Origin: Nitrospirota bacterium
Lineage (GTDB): Bacteria; Nitrospirota; UBA9217
NCBI GenBank assembly: GCA_963749655.1
Contig: CAVVOB010000020.1
Location: 32,001 to 96,000 of the forward strand
DNA length: 64,000 bases
Reading direction: 5' to 3'
A program made the position numbers and the translations under genes. Numbering within the stretch: the stretch's first letter is position 1; each line of letters begins with the position of its first letter. This document shows, piece by piece, positions 41,620-51,394 of this stretch. The notes beneath the pieces were generated by a model that saw nothing but the letters and a program-made list of their open reading frames with translations, was not told the DNA's origin and ran no database searches.

Positions 41620-43723
41620 ATGCTCGACTCCCTGTTCAATCCCCGCTCGATCGTCGTCAGTCGGCGCGTCGGCAGATCCCAAAAAAGTCGGCTACGCCGT
41701 TCTGAACAATCTTATCCGGTTCAACTACCAGGGCTGCGCTCTATCCCGTCAATCCCTCGTGCGCGGAGAGATCCTCGGCCTCAAGGCCTATCCCCGGGTC
41801 TCCGATATCGGCGGAAGAGGTCGGACCTCGCGATCATCGTCATCCCCGCCCAGGCTCGTTCCCGCGGCCGCTCCGGGACTGCGCGGCAGCGGGGATCAAA
41901 TCCGCCATCGTCATCAGCGCCGGGTTCAAGGAAGCGGGCAAGGACGGCACGCTGCTCGAGGAGGAGCTGAAGAAGATCGGCAAGGAACAGGGCATCCGCA
42001 TCCTGGGCCCGAACTGCCTGGGCCTCATCAACACGGCGAACGACATGAACGCCACCTTCGCCGCGGACATGCTGCCGAAGGGGCACGATCGGCTTTTTCT
42101 CGCAGTCCGGCGCCATGGGCATCGCCATCATGGACTGGGCCATCGGGAACGACGTGGGGTTCTCGAAGTTCATCAGCCTCGGGAACAAGGCCGACCTGTC
42201 GGAGATCGACTTCATCGAGTATTTCATGAACGACCCCGGACACCAGCCTCATCCTCGGCTACATCGAGGACGTGGTGGACGGCAGGCGGTTCATGGAGAT
42301 CGCGCAGAAGGCGACGAAGGTGAAGCCCATCGTCCTGCTCAAGTCCGGCGGCACCGAGGCCGGCGCCCGCGCGGCCTCGTCGCACACCGGCGCGCTGGCA
42401 GGATCGGACATGGCCTTCGACGCGGCCTTCAAGCAGACCGGCGTCATGCGCGCCCAGGGCGTGCAGGACCTCTTTGACACGGCCCTGGCCTTTTCCGAGG
42501 GCAAGATCCCCGGCGGCAACGGCCTGCTCGTGATCACGAACGCCGGCGGTCCGGGCATCATCGCGGCGGACACGGCCGAGCGGCTCGGCATCGAGCTTCC
42601 GCACATGACCCGGGAGAGCATCGACGCCATGGCCGCGAAAGCTGCCGCCCAATGCCACGATCTTCAATCCCGTGGACGTGATCGGCGACGCCACGTCGGA
42701 GCGCTATGCGGCCGTGCTCGAACAGGCGGCCAAGGACCCCAACGTGGACGGCATGCTCGTGATCCTCACGCCCCAGGCCATGACGGACATGGACAAGACC
42801 GCCGATGCGGTCATCGCAACGGCCCGGTCCACGGACAAGCCGATCATCACCTCCTTCATGGGGGAAAAGCGGGTGCGCTCCGCCATCGACAAGCTGAAGG
42901 AGCGTCCATTCCCGAACTTTTCCTATCCCGAGCTGGCGGTCAAGGCCTTCAAGCGGCTGTCGGACCAGCAGCGCCTGGAAGAACGTGGTCCCGGAGGAGC
43001 TCTCGACCTGCTGGTACAATTTCGACGCTGCGGCCGAGACCGTCGCGTCCATCCTGAAGCAGGGCATCTACCAGGTGGGCGAGGAAGAGGCCATGCAGAT
43101 CCTCACCTACTACGGGTTCCAGTTCCCGAAGCGCGCGCTCGCCCGGACCTCGCGGGAAGCCGGCCGAGCTGGCGCCCGGATCGGCTTCCCGGTGGTGATG
43201 AAGATCTTGTCGCCCGACATCCTGCACAAGACCGACGTGGGCGGCGTGCGCGTGAACGTCAAGACCGCGCGAGGAGGCGGAAGACGCCTTCACGGAGATC
43301 ACGACCAACGCCCGGCGCATCATGCGCGACGCCTTTATCAAGGGCGTGATGATCTACGAGATGGTGAAGGGCGGCAAGGAAGTGATCCTCGGCGTGACCT
43401 ATGACCGCACCTTCGGCCACATGATCATGTTCGGCCTGGGCGGCATCTATGTGGAGGTGCTGAAGGACGTGTCCTTCAGGATCGTGCCCGTGGCGCGGCG
43501 CGACGCCGTGGCCATGGTGAACGAGATCAGGACCGCGGCGCTGCTGCGCGGCGCCCGGGGCGAGCGGCCGGCGGACATCGACGCCATCGCGAGCTACATC
43601 GTGAACCTCTCGTGCCTCATCAACGACTTCCCCGAGATCCAGGAGCTGGACGTGAACCCGCTGGTGGTGATGGAGCAGGGCGCCGTGGCGCTGGACGCGA
43701 GAATCATCTTTAAAGGACAGTAG
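41620..43723 (+). CDS. NDP-forming acyl-CoA synthetase (acetate--CoA ligase, fused alpha/beta); multiple frameshifts in this assembly
   Basis: Successive frames give ILGPNCLG, SQSGA, ISLGNKAD, ASSHTGALAG, TNAGGPG, NPVD, ILHKTDVGGV, FGLGGIYVE, ELDVNPL. Confidence 0.85.
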
Positions 43724-44174
43724 GGCAAGGGGCCAGGGTCCAGGGGCAAGGGGCAGGAGGAGGGGAACACGTGGAACCAAATACGCAGGAGGTTGTTCGA
43801 CAGACTGACTGCTTGGCAAAAGGCTTATGCGCTGACTCTGGAAATTTACCAGGTCATCAAAGAAGTTTCCAAAGGAAGAGACCTACGGTTTAACGTCACA
43901 ATTGCGCGTGCGGCTGTATCGATCCCAGCGAACATTGCAGAAGGTTATGAAAGAAATCATAGGAAAGAATATGTGCAGTTCCTGTATGTTTCCAAAGGCT
44001 CATTAGGTGAAGTTGAGACGCATTTACTGTTAGCAAAGGATCTTGGATATCTATCAGAAAACGAATACAGCGCAGATCGAGAACAAGAGAAGTGAAACAA
44101 CACGGCTTCTCAACGGATTAATCAAGTCGTTATCTTGACTGATTCTCTGGACCCTGGCCCCTGACCCTGGCCCC
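43722..44174. mobile_element. Putative element: four-helix-bundle gene enclosed by inverted period-7 arrays
   Basis: agggcaa ggggcca gggtcca ggggcaa ggggca (43722-43755) and ctggaccctggcccctgaccctggcccc (44147-44174) flank an AT-richer gene; mobility is inferred. Confidence 0.6.
43771..44138 (+). CDS. Four-helix-bundle protein (23S rRNA IVS-type, TIGR02436-like); frameshifted
   Basis: Joined frames read FDRLTAWQKA...KFPKEETYGLTSQL.RAAVSIPANIAEGYER...FLYVSKGSLGEVETHL.LAKDLGYL...LLNGLIKSLS. Confidence 0.88.
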
Positions 44175-44193
44175 ATGCTCTTAAGGAGGTCCC

Positions 44194-45261
44194 ATGATTC
44201 CCATCTTCGTCGCATCCAACACCGGCTACGCCGGCAGCACGTTCATCTCCCTCGGCCTTGCCATGAAGCTCATGGAGCATGGGCTACACGGTCGGGTTCA
44301 TGAAACCCATCGGGACCGTGCCGGTAAAAACGGGCAAGGACGTCTATGATGCCGATGCCCTGTTCATCAAGGAGACGCTCGGGCTGGACGAGCCGCTCGA
44401 GGTGATCTCTCCTTTTGTGCAGACCTACGAGAACCAGACGCTGCTGTTCCAGGGGAAGATCAAGGACGCGCAAAAGGACGTCCTCGCCGCATTCAAGTCG
44501 CTCAAGAAGAAGGACTTCGTGATCGTCTGCGGCGGCGGCGATCTTTTTGACGGATCGCTGCTCGGGCATCGATGCGCTCTCGCTCCTGCGGCGCACATGA
44601 AGGCGCACGCTCCTCATGGTCGAGCCCTGGCGGGGCGAATCTTCGGCCGACGCGCTCTTCGGCGCTCGCACGCCTCCTGGGCGACCGCTTCGTGCGGCGG
44701 CGTCCTGAACAAGATGCCGGTCAACGCATGGTGGACCATGTCAAGGAGACGGTCAAGCCGTTCCTGGAAAAGAAGGGCGTGACGATCTTCGGCGTGTTCC
44801 CCAGGGACAAGTGCCTCGAATCCATGACCGTGGCGCAGCTGAACGAGATCCTGAACGGCAAGGTGCTCTGCTGCGAGGACAAGCTCGATGAGTTCGTGGA
44901 GAACTTTCTCATCGGCGCCATGGACGTGGACAGCGCGCTCAACTATTTCCGCAGGACGCCGAACAAGGCCGTGATCACCGGCGCCCACCGCTCCGACATC
45001 CAGCTGGCCGCCCTGGAGACCTCGACCCAGTGCATCATCCTGACCGGCGGGTTCACGACGAACGACGTGGTGCTCGGCAAGGCCCAGGCCAAGGGCATTC
45101 CCATCCTCTCCGTGGCCGGACGACACCTTCACGACCATCAACAAGATCGAGCTGCGCATGGGCAAGACGAGCATCCGGGAGAAGAGAAAGATGGAGCGGG
45201 TGAAGGAGCTGATGGACATCGAGTTCGATATGAAGGGGTTTTTGAAAAAGTCGTGAAATAA
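44194..45261 (+). CDS. Phosphotransacetylase N-terminal-like protein (BioD-like P-loop plus DRTGG domain); frameshifted
   Basis: VGFMKPIG, GVLNK, IGAM, AVITGAHRSDIQLAALE, IILTGG; AAGGAGG SD. Confidence 0.8.
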
Positions 45262-45407
45262 AGAAGCAGGGTCGGTAGCTGAGTAGCAGGGTCCAGTAGC
45301 CGAGAAGCAGGGTCCGGTAGCCAAAGGCCAGGGTCCCGGTCCCGTGTACGGTGTCCTGAACTGCGTGATTCCTTCCCGGCCTCGTTGACCCTGGACCCCT
45401 GAACCTT
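45262..45407. repeat. About 3.5 copies of a 21-bp unit plus an inverted heptamer arm
   Basis: agaagcagggtc-ggtagctg / agtagcagggtccagtagccg / agaagcagggtccggtagcca; tgaccctggacccctgaacctt at 45386-45407. Confidence 0.75.
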
Positions 45408-45424
45408 GCATTCTGGAGGTTCCC

Positions 45425-46946
45425 ATGTCCGACAAATCGATCATCATCATCGGCGGCGGGATTGCCGGCCTCTCGGCCGGGTGCTACGGCCAGATGAACG
45501 GCTTCCGCACGCGCATCTTCGAGATGCACAAGAAAAAGCCGGGCGGGCTCTGCACGAGCCTGGAAGCGGCAGGGCTATACGGTGAACGGCTGCCTCCACT
45601 GGCTCGTCGGCTCGGGCCCGGGGTCGGAGTTCCATGAGATCTGGAACGAACTCGGCGCGCTGGAGGGAAAGACCGTTCGTCGATTACGAAGAATACGGCC
45701 GCATCGAATCGCTGACGGCAAGCAGCTTCATCGTCTACACCGACATCGACCGGCTGGAGCGGCACATGAAGGAGATCGCGCCGGAAGACGGCGTCGTCAT
45801 CGATGAGTTCATCGCCGCGGTACGGGCATGCACGCGCTTCGAGCCGCCGCTCGAGAAGGCGCCGGAGGTGATGAACCTGTTCGATATGCTCAAGATGATC
45901 GTCACGAACTTCTCCGCTACTGCGCATGCTCTGGAAGTGGAACAAGGTCTCGCTCACGGACTTCGGCAACCGTTTCAAGAACCCGCTGCTCCGCGAAGCC
46001 TTCCCGCTGCTGTTCATGCCGGACTTTCCGCATGACCTTCATGCTCATGACCTTTGCCTGGATGCACAACAAGGCCGCGGGCTACCCCATCGGCGGGTCG
46101 CTCCCCTTCAGCCAGGCCATCGAAAAACGCTATCTCTCGCTCGGCGGCGAGATGCAGTCTACAAGTCAAGGGTCACAAAGATCCTGACGGAGAACAACCG
46201 GGCAATCGGCATCAGGCTCGAGGACGGCACCGAGCACCGCGCCGACTACGTGATCTCCGCCGCGGACGGCCATGCAACGATCTTCGAGATGCTCGAAGGA
46301 AAGTACGTCGACGATACGATCAGGGGCTATTACGAAAAGCTGATCCCCTTCCCGCCGCTGGTGTATGTTGCGCTCGGCGTGAACCGGACGTTCCCGGACC
46401 TGCCGGCGTCCGCGCGGCATTGCGCTCGAGCTTGACGGAACCGCTCGTGGTCGGCGGTGTGGAGCAGAAATTTCTCGACGCTCCATATCTACAATTTCGA
46501 TCCCACGCTCGCGCCGGAGGGCAAGACCGCTGCTCATCGCTCATGTTCCCGACGGATTATCGAATACTGGAGGAAACTTGCGCGAGAACGATGCAGCGTT
46601 ACAAGGCGGAAAAGGAGACGGATCGCGGACCGGGTCGTCGCGATCCTCGACAAACGCTTTCCCGGACTGGCCGGCCAGGTCGAGATGCGGGACGTGGCCT
46701 CGCCCACCACGTTCGTGCGCTATACCGGCAACTGGAAAGGGAGCTTCGAAGGCTGGCAGGTGACGCCCGAAGACCTGGAGCTTGGGCAAGGTCATGAAGA
46801 AGACGCTGCCCGGACTGGACAATTTCTACATGGCCGGACAGTGGGTCGAGCCCGGCGGCGGGCTGCCCGCCGTGGCCATGTCCGGCAGGAACGTGATCCA
46901 GATCATCTGCAAGAAAGAAAAGAAGAAGTTTACGACAGCCAGGTGA
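45425..46946 (+). CDS. Phytoene-desaturase-like NAD(P)/FAD oxidoreductase; multiple frameshifts
   Basis: IIGGGIAGL, PGGLCT, GCLHWL, YPIGGS, VISAAD, SPTTF.RYTGN..GS, FYMAGQWVEPGGGLP. Confidence 0.82.
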
Positions 46947-46958
46947 AGGAGCACGATC

Positions 46959-47240
46959 GTGCGAAATTGCGGCGCGCGGACCTTCGAAAAAATCGATAAA
47001 TCCGGGGTTGAGGGCATACTTAAAGTCCTGGCAGAGCACGGCGCTCTCGTGACCGGAACCAATCCCTGGGACGTGGACACGCGGAACCACGGTGTGCTGC
47101 TGCGGGGAGAGTGGAACGAGGATTCGTCGAAGCTCACCATCACCGTGACGGACGCAGACTGGTATGTCCCGCGGAAAAAAATATGGGAGAACCTGGAATC
47201 CCTGATGCAGATCGTGCAGAAAACTCCGAATTCACCATGA
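46959..47240 (+). CDS. Hypothetical protein
   Basis: AAGGAG SD, fills the gap between neighbours, stop overlaps the patatin start. Confidence 0.6.
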   Translation: MRNCGARTFEKIDKSGVEGILKVLAEHGALVTGTNPWDVDTRNHGVLLRGEWNEDSSKLTITVTDADWYVPRKKIWENLESLMQIVQKTPNSP

Positions 47241-48034
47241 CCTCCCCCCGAACGGAAAATCGGCGATTGGGCCTGGCGTTGAGCGGCGGCGCTACCCGCG
47301 GACTGGCGCATATCGGGGTGCTCCAGGCGCTCGAAGACAACAAGGTCCGGCCTGACTGCATTGCCGGAACAAGCATCGGCTCCTTTGCCGCCGCGCTCTT
47401 CGCTTTCGGTGTGCCGCTCAAGGAGATCAGGCGGATAGCGCAGGGGATGACGCCCATCAAAGTGTCGCGGCTCAAGCTCTCCCGCCTGGCGCTGTTCTCG
47501 AACGAGGAACTGGGCAGGCTTATCCAAACCGTAATCGGTCACGTGAAAATCGAGGACTCCCCGATTCCGCTCGCCATCATGACCGTGGACATAGGCTCGG
47601 GCCAGAAAGTCGTGATGCGCACGGGCGAGCTCGCTCCCGCCATCATGGCAAGCAACGCCGTGCCCGGGCTGTACCGGCCCATATCCATCGACGGCCGCAT
47701 GCTGGTGGACGGCGGGATCGCGGAAGACGTGCCCATCTCCCCCTTGAGGGCCATGGGGGCCGACGTGGTCGTTGCCGTGAACCTCAGCGCGGAACGTCGA
47801 TACAGCGTGCCGAACGACATCATCGACATCATCCTGAACGCCATCGACATTGCCATTGACGAGAATACCAAGGTGCAGGTGCGGCAGGCCGACCTGCTCA
47901 TCGAACCGCGTTTGTCGCACTTTCCCCGCATGGATGTGACCAAGATCGATGAACTGATCGCCGAAGGCCGCAGGGCAACTGAAGCGAGCATCAACAAGAT
48001 AAGACAGCTCCTGGGCCGGGCTTCGGAAAAGTAG
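47237..48034 (+). CDS. Patatin-like phospholipase
   Basis: LSGGATRG, GTSIG, LVDGG. Confidence 0.93.
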   Translation: MTSPRTENRRLGLALSGGATRGLAHIGVLQALEDNKVRPDCIAGTSIGSFAAALFAFGVPLKEIRRIAQGMTPIKVSRLKLSRLALFSNEELGRLIQTVIGHVKIEDSPIPLAIMTVDIGSGQKVVMRTGELAPAIMASNAVPGLYRPISIDGRMLVDGGIAEDVPISPLRAMGADVVVAVNLSAERRYSVPNDIIDIILNAIDIAIDENTKVQVRQADLLIEPRLSHFPRMDVTKIDELIAEGRRATEASINKIRQLLGRASEK

Positions 48035-48082
48035 TTGTTTTTGGCTCCTGTCAAAAGTTCTCCGAAAAGCGAAGGATGTTTT

Positions 48083-48110
48083 ACCGCAGAGAACGCAGAG
48101 GCCGCGGAGA
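48083..48110. repeat. Solo period-9 array arm
   Basis: accgcagag aacgcagag gccgcggag a; related copy at 54479. Confidence 0.6.
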
Positions 48111-48217
48111 AATGAGAATCCAACAAAGGAGCAGGTAAAAGAAGGCCGGTTTTGAAGGAAGACAGCCAAGCTGAACGTACCCCGGAGAATTGTTTCGTCG
48201 AAGAGGGAGGACGCACT

Positions 48218-48884
48218 ATGGAAGTCATCGACGCACTCAATAAGCGGTACACGGTCCGCGCATTCAAACCGGACCCTGTTGACCGCACGACGCTCGAAAA
48301 TATTTTTGACAGCTGCGCTCAGGGCGCCGTCATGGGCCAATACGCAGCCCTGGGATATTTACGTTGCAGGCGGCGAGGTGCTGAACAGGCTGCGCGAGGC
48401 CTACCTGCAGAACCTCAAAGACTGCGTGCCGCGGCAGCCCGACCTCACGGCGCCGAAACAGTGGCCCCCCGCGCTCCTCATGCGAATGGAGACGCTCCGC
48501 GCGGAGCGTTCGGCCACACTCGAGCGGGTCTGCCTTGACAAGTCTGTGTTGAAGGACCTGGCGACCATGAATTATCACTTCTTTTATGCGCCCGTTGTCG
48601 TGTACCTGTGCATGGACAAAACCCTTACCCCGTGGTCGGTGTTCGACCTCGGGCTTATGGCCCAGAGCATTATGCTCGCGGCTCAGCACCACGGCATCGG
48701 TTCGGCCACGGCAGTCACTCTGGTCGCCCATCCCGATCTGATCCGCAAGGAGCTCAAGATCCCTGACGAGCTTTCGATAATCATCGGCATCGCTCTCGGC
48801 TATGTGGATTCCGACCATCCGCAGAACCAGTATCGGAGCCCCCGCCGGACCGTTCAGGAAGCCGTCAACTTCAGGGGAATTTAG
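48218..48884 (+). CDS. Nitroreductase family protein; one frameshift near 48305
   Basis: KRYTVRAF, then RAPSWANTQPW, DLG..AQS.MLAA, IALGY; extra T in a T-run. Confidence 0.88.
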
Positions 48885-48964
48885 GGGCGCGCGATAGTGC
48901 GGCGTCGGGAGCCTTAGAGAAACAGTTCTTCCCGGTGTTGATGTCGCCCCATTTGTTCACGGCA

Positions 48965-49930
48965 TCAGAATTTTCGGATGAGGGCTGCGGAGATCGCCAC
49001 TTGCGACGACGTTATCTTGTCAGGGATATCATACGTAACGCCCGAACCATCGTAGAAATACTGGTGCTGCGTCCCTTCCGTTGAAATACTCAGATATTCT
49101 CCATTGATGCCCATGCTCCAATTCTCTGAAAAGCCCCACAAGCCGCCCAGTGACGCCAGATAAGCCGTTCCCGACGCGGTGCAGGTGCTTACTTTTGACC
49201 GAAGAATATGGTCGTCACGGTCCTTTGCCTGCGCAGACGGCGCATAGGCAATCCGCGCATTGGCAGTGAAGTCCTTACCTGCCTTGAAGTTTGCATCGAG
49301 GCCCGCATAGAATAGATCATAGATGACCTCATAGGTTCCCACAGGCCCGGAAACGTATCCCGTGAAGGAGGAGGCGTAGGGTCCATACCCGACCTGGTTT
49401 ACGTTGCTGACGTCGTAATTGAATTTCTCATGTCTGAAGCCGAGCAAAAGGCCGACCTTTGCATTCTCCCCTACTTCCGATCCGATGATCGCCCGGACAT
49501 CAATGATCTCCGCTTTTAACTCCGAATCGGACTCGGAATAGATATCCTTGCCGGGATGGGCCGACCCTACCTCAACTATGTCCATATCATTGGTCAGCCA
49601 GTCTGAATCCTTTACTTTTCCCGATCCGGAGTCCACATTTCTCTTCGCCGACAGATCGACCCGGAAAAAGGACCTTTTCGCATGGTTTTCGGAGTGATAC
49701 CCCAGGTTAACGCCGGCAAGAATGGTGCTCAGGGGAAATTCCAGTTCGCTTTCGATTCCGCTGCTTCCCGAGTACTCGCTGATATGATACATCGTATTTC
49801 CGAGGAGATATTCCGCCTGCAGGCCGACGGAGAACGAATCTTTTGTCCCGCTCTCCGCGGATAACGCAAGGTCCGGCACAGTCCAGAAGAACAAAGATCC
49901 TGCGAAGCAAAAGATGAAAAATGTATTCAT
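48965..49930 (-). CDS. Omptin family outer-membrane protease
   Basis: Signal peptide, SELEFPL, KDSDW (DxDW), DDHILR (DxHxxR), terminal Phe. Confidence 0.78.
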   Translation of the reverse strand: MNTFFIFCFAGSLFFWTVPDLALSAESGTKDSFSVGLQAEYLLGNTMYHISEYSGSSGIESELEFPLSTILAGVNLGYHSENHAKRSFFRVDLSAKRNVDSGSGKVKDSDWLTNDMDIVEVGSAHPGKDIYSESDSELKAEIIDVRAIIGSEVGENAKVGLLLGFRHEKFNYDVSNVNQVGYGPYASSFTGYVSGPVGTYEVIYDLFYAGLDANFKAGKDFTANARIAYAPSAQAKDRDDHILRSKVSTCTASGTAYLASLGGLWGFSENWSMGINGEYLSISTEGTQHQYFYDGSGVTYDIPDKITSSQVAISAALIRKF

Positions 49931-50091
49931 TTGGCCTCCCTCCGAACTCGCGAACCTGCCGTCGCATAAAAAGCCCTCTCTCCGGATGCGCGAGAGAGGG
50001 CAAGGAGTATATTTCGTTCACAGTCGTTCGTCGATTTCGTCAATCGCCCGCAAAGCCGGCAAGGATCGATCTTCCGAACGCAAAGGAACGG

Positions 50092-50751
50092 CTAAAATCG
50101 ATAGCCAAGGACTACGTTTGCAATGACCGAATTTCCTTTAACCGTGCTGTCAGCCCAGTATCCGTTGTTGTTCCAGATTTTCCAATCGCCGGTGAAAGAC
50201 TGCGAACCGATTTCCAGACCCAGTTCGATGCCCGGTTTCGCAAAGGAATAATATCCCCCTGCAATAAACGTTTGCGACTGATAGCTCCCCGAATCCGTCT
50301 TGTTCCAGTTGACGCCGGAAGTCGACAGCTTCGTCTTTCCGTCTCCGGTCCCCAGTTCAAACCTGCCCTCCCACCTGAGGTTCTCGCTCGTTTTGAATCC
50401 GACGCCCGCGGTAATGCTGTAACCCTGTGCATCATAGTCGAAGGTCGTATTCCCGTTCCCCACCCCGATATTTTCGCTTCCCGAGTGTTTACGGGAAAAA
50501 TACCCGGCGCCGAGGATCCCGCTCACCTCGGGAGTAAAATAATAACTGTAAAGAAGTTCGATCTGCGCATTGCTGCTTGGTTCACCGCCTATTGAACCGG
50601 AACCGATACCTGCGATAGATACTTCGTCTGCCTGCGCGGCCATTCCATACTTGAGCCGCAAATCCAGATCATTCTCTGTCTGGCCAAAAGCCAGTGCCGG
50701 CAGAAGGACGAAAGCCGCCGCGACTGCCAAATTACGAATCGTTTTTATCAT
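50092..50751 (-). CDS. Outer-membrane beta-barrel protein
   Basis: Signal peptide, alternating beta-strand pattern, C-terminal LGYRF. Confidence 0.7.
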   Translation of the reverse strand: MIKTIRNLAVAAAFVLLPALAFGQTENDLDLRLKYGMAAQADEVSIAGIGSGSIGGEPSSNAQIELLYSYYFTPEVSGILGAGYFSRKHSGSENIGVGNGNTTFDYDAQGYSITAGVGFKTSENLRWEGRFELGTGDGKTKLSTSGVNWNKTDSGSYQSQTFIAGGYYSFAKPGIELGLEIGSQSFTGDWKIWNNNGYWADSTVKGNSVIANVVLGYRF

Positions 50752-51149
50752 AATCACCCTCCTTCCTTTCGAATTTGAGCCTCTTCTGCTTGTTCATGCA
50801 AGGACCCGACAGAAATCCCCATGGACAATAATCGCAGGGCTTTTGAAGAACCATGGTCGGGCTGCAACATCCTCTTTTTCGAACTAAAATTATTCGCGTG
50901 ATGTTTGATTCTCAGGTGAGCATCGACGGGCTGCTGCTTACTGGTTCATGATGCCGGTGCGATCGTCAGGATCAGCGGGTGTATCACAAATAGATCGCAA
51001 AAGAAGCAGGTAATGGTCGGGAATTTCGGAAAGAATATCAGAACAGAGCTTATGCGTCAACCAATAATTTAGTTCATATCCGGACGTTCGGCATTGCCCT
51101 ATCCCCCGGACGATAGGGCGTTTTTCCGCCTTCCTGTCCACGCCTTTGC

Positions 51150-51211
51150 TGGTTCAGGCTTGCAGCCTGAACCACCCGTTAACCGTTGGTTCAATCTGCA
51201 AGATTGAACCA
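51150..51211. repeat. Two tandem 25-bp palindromes TGGTTCA-N11-TGAACCA
   Basis: TGGTTCAGGCT-TGC-AGCCTGAACCA and TGGTTCAATCT-GCA-AGATTGAACCA, 12 nt apart. Confidence 0.85.
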
Positions 51212-51394
51212 GCGTAACAAGAAATCACCAAACTGTAACTTCTTCGGGACCGCCGCAATTATGCATGGCCCTCGTTTCCCGTGCGATTTATTTGCCGACC
51301 TGTCAGGCAAAACACCTAATATATTGGTATAATTAACGTGTTTGGGCCGTTCGGCCTGCGGATCAGAGCCGGCGATCGACTCACAACGTTCACT

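Noticed and set aside
43771-44138. Diversity-generating retroelement (Avd-like gene)
   Set aside because: No reverse transcriptase and no TR/VR pair seen in the window.
45262-45337. CRISPR array (also considered for 57945-57993 and 51150-51211)
   Set aside because: Units are directly adjacent or only two in number, with no unique ~30-nt spacers and no cas genes.
50938-51141. 67-aa minus-strand ORF in the large intergenic region
   Set aside because: No SD, no motif and atypical composition; not supportable.
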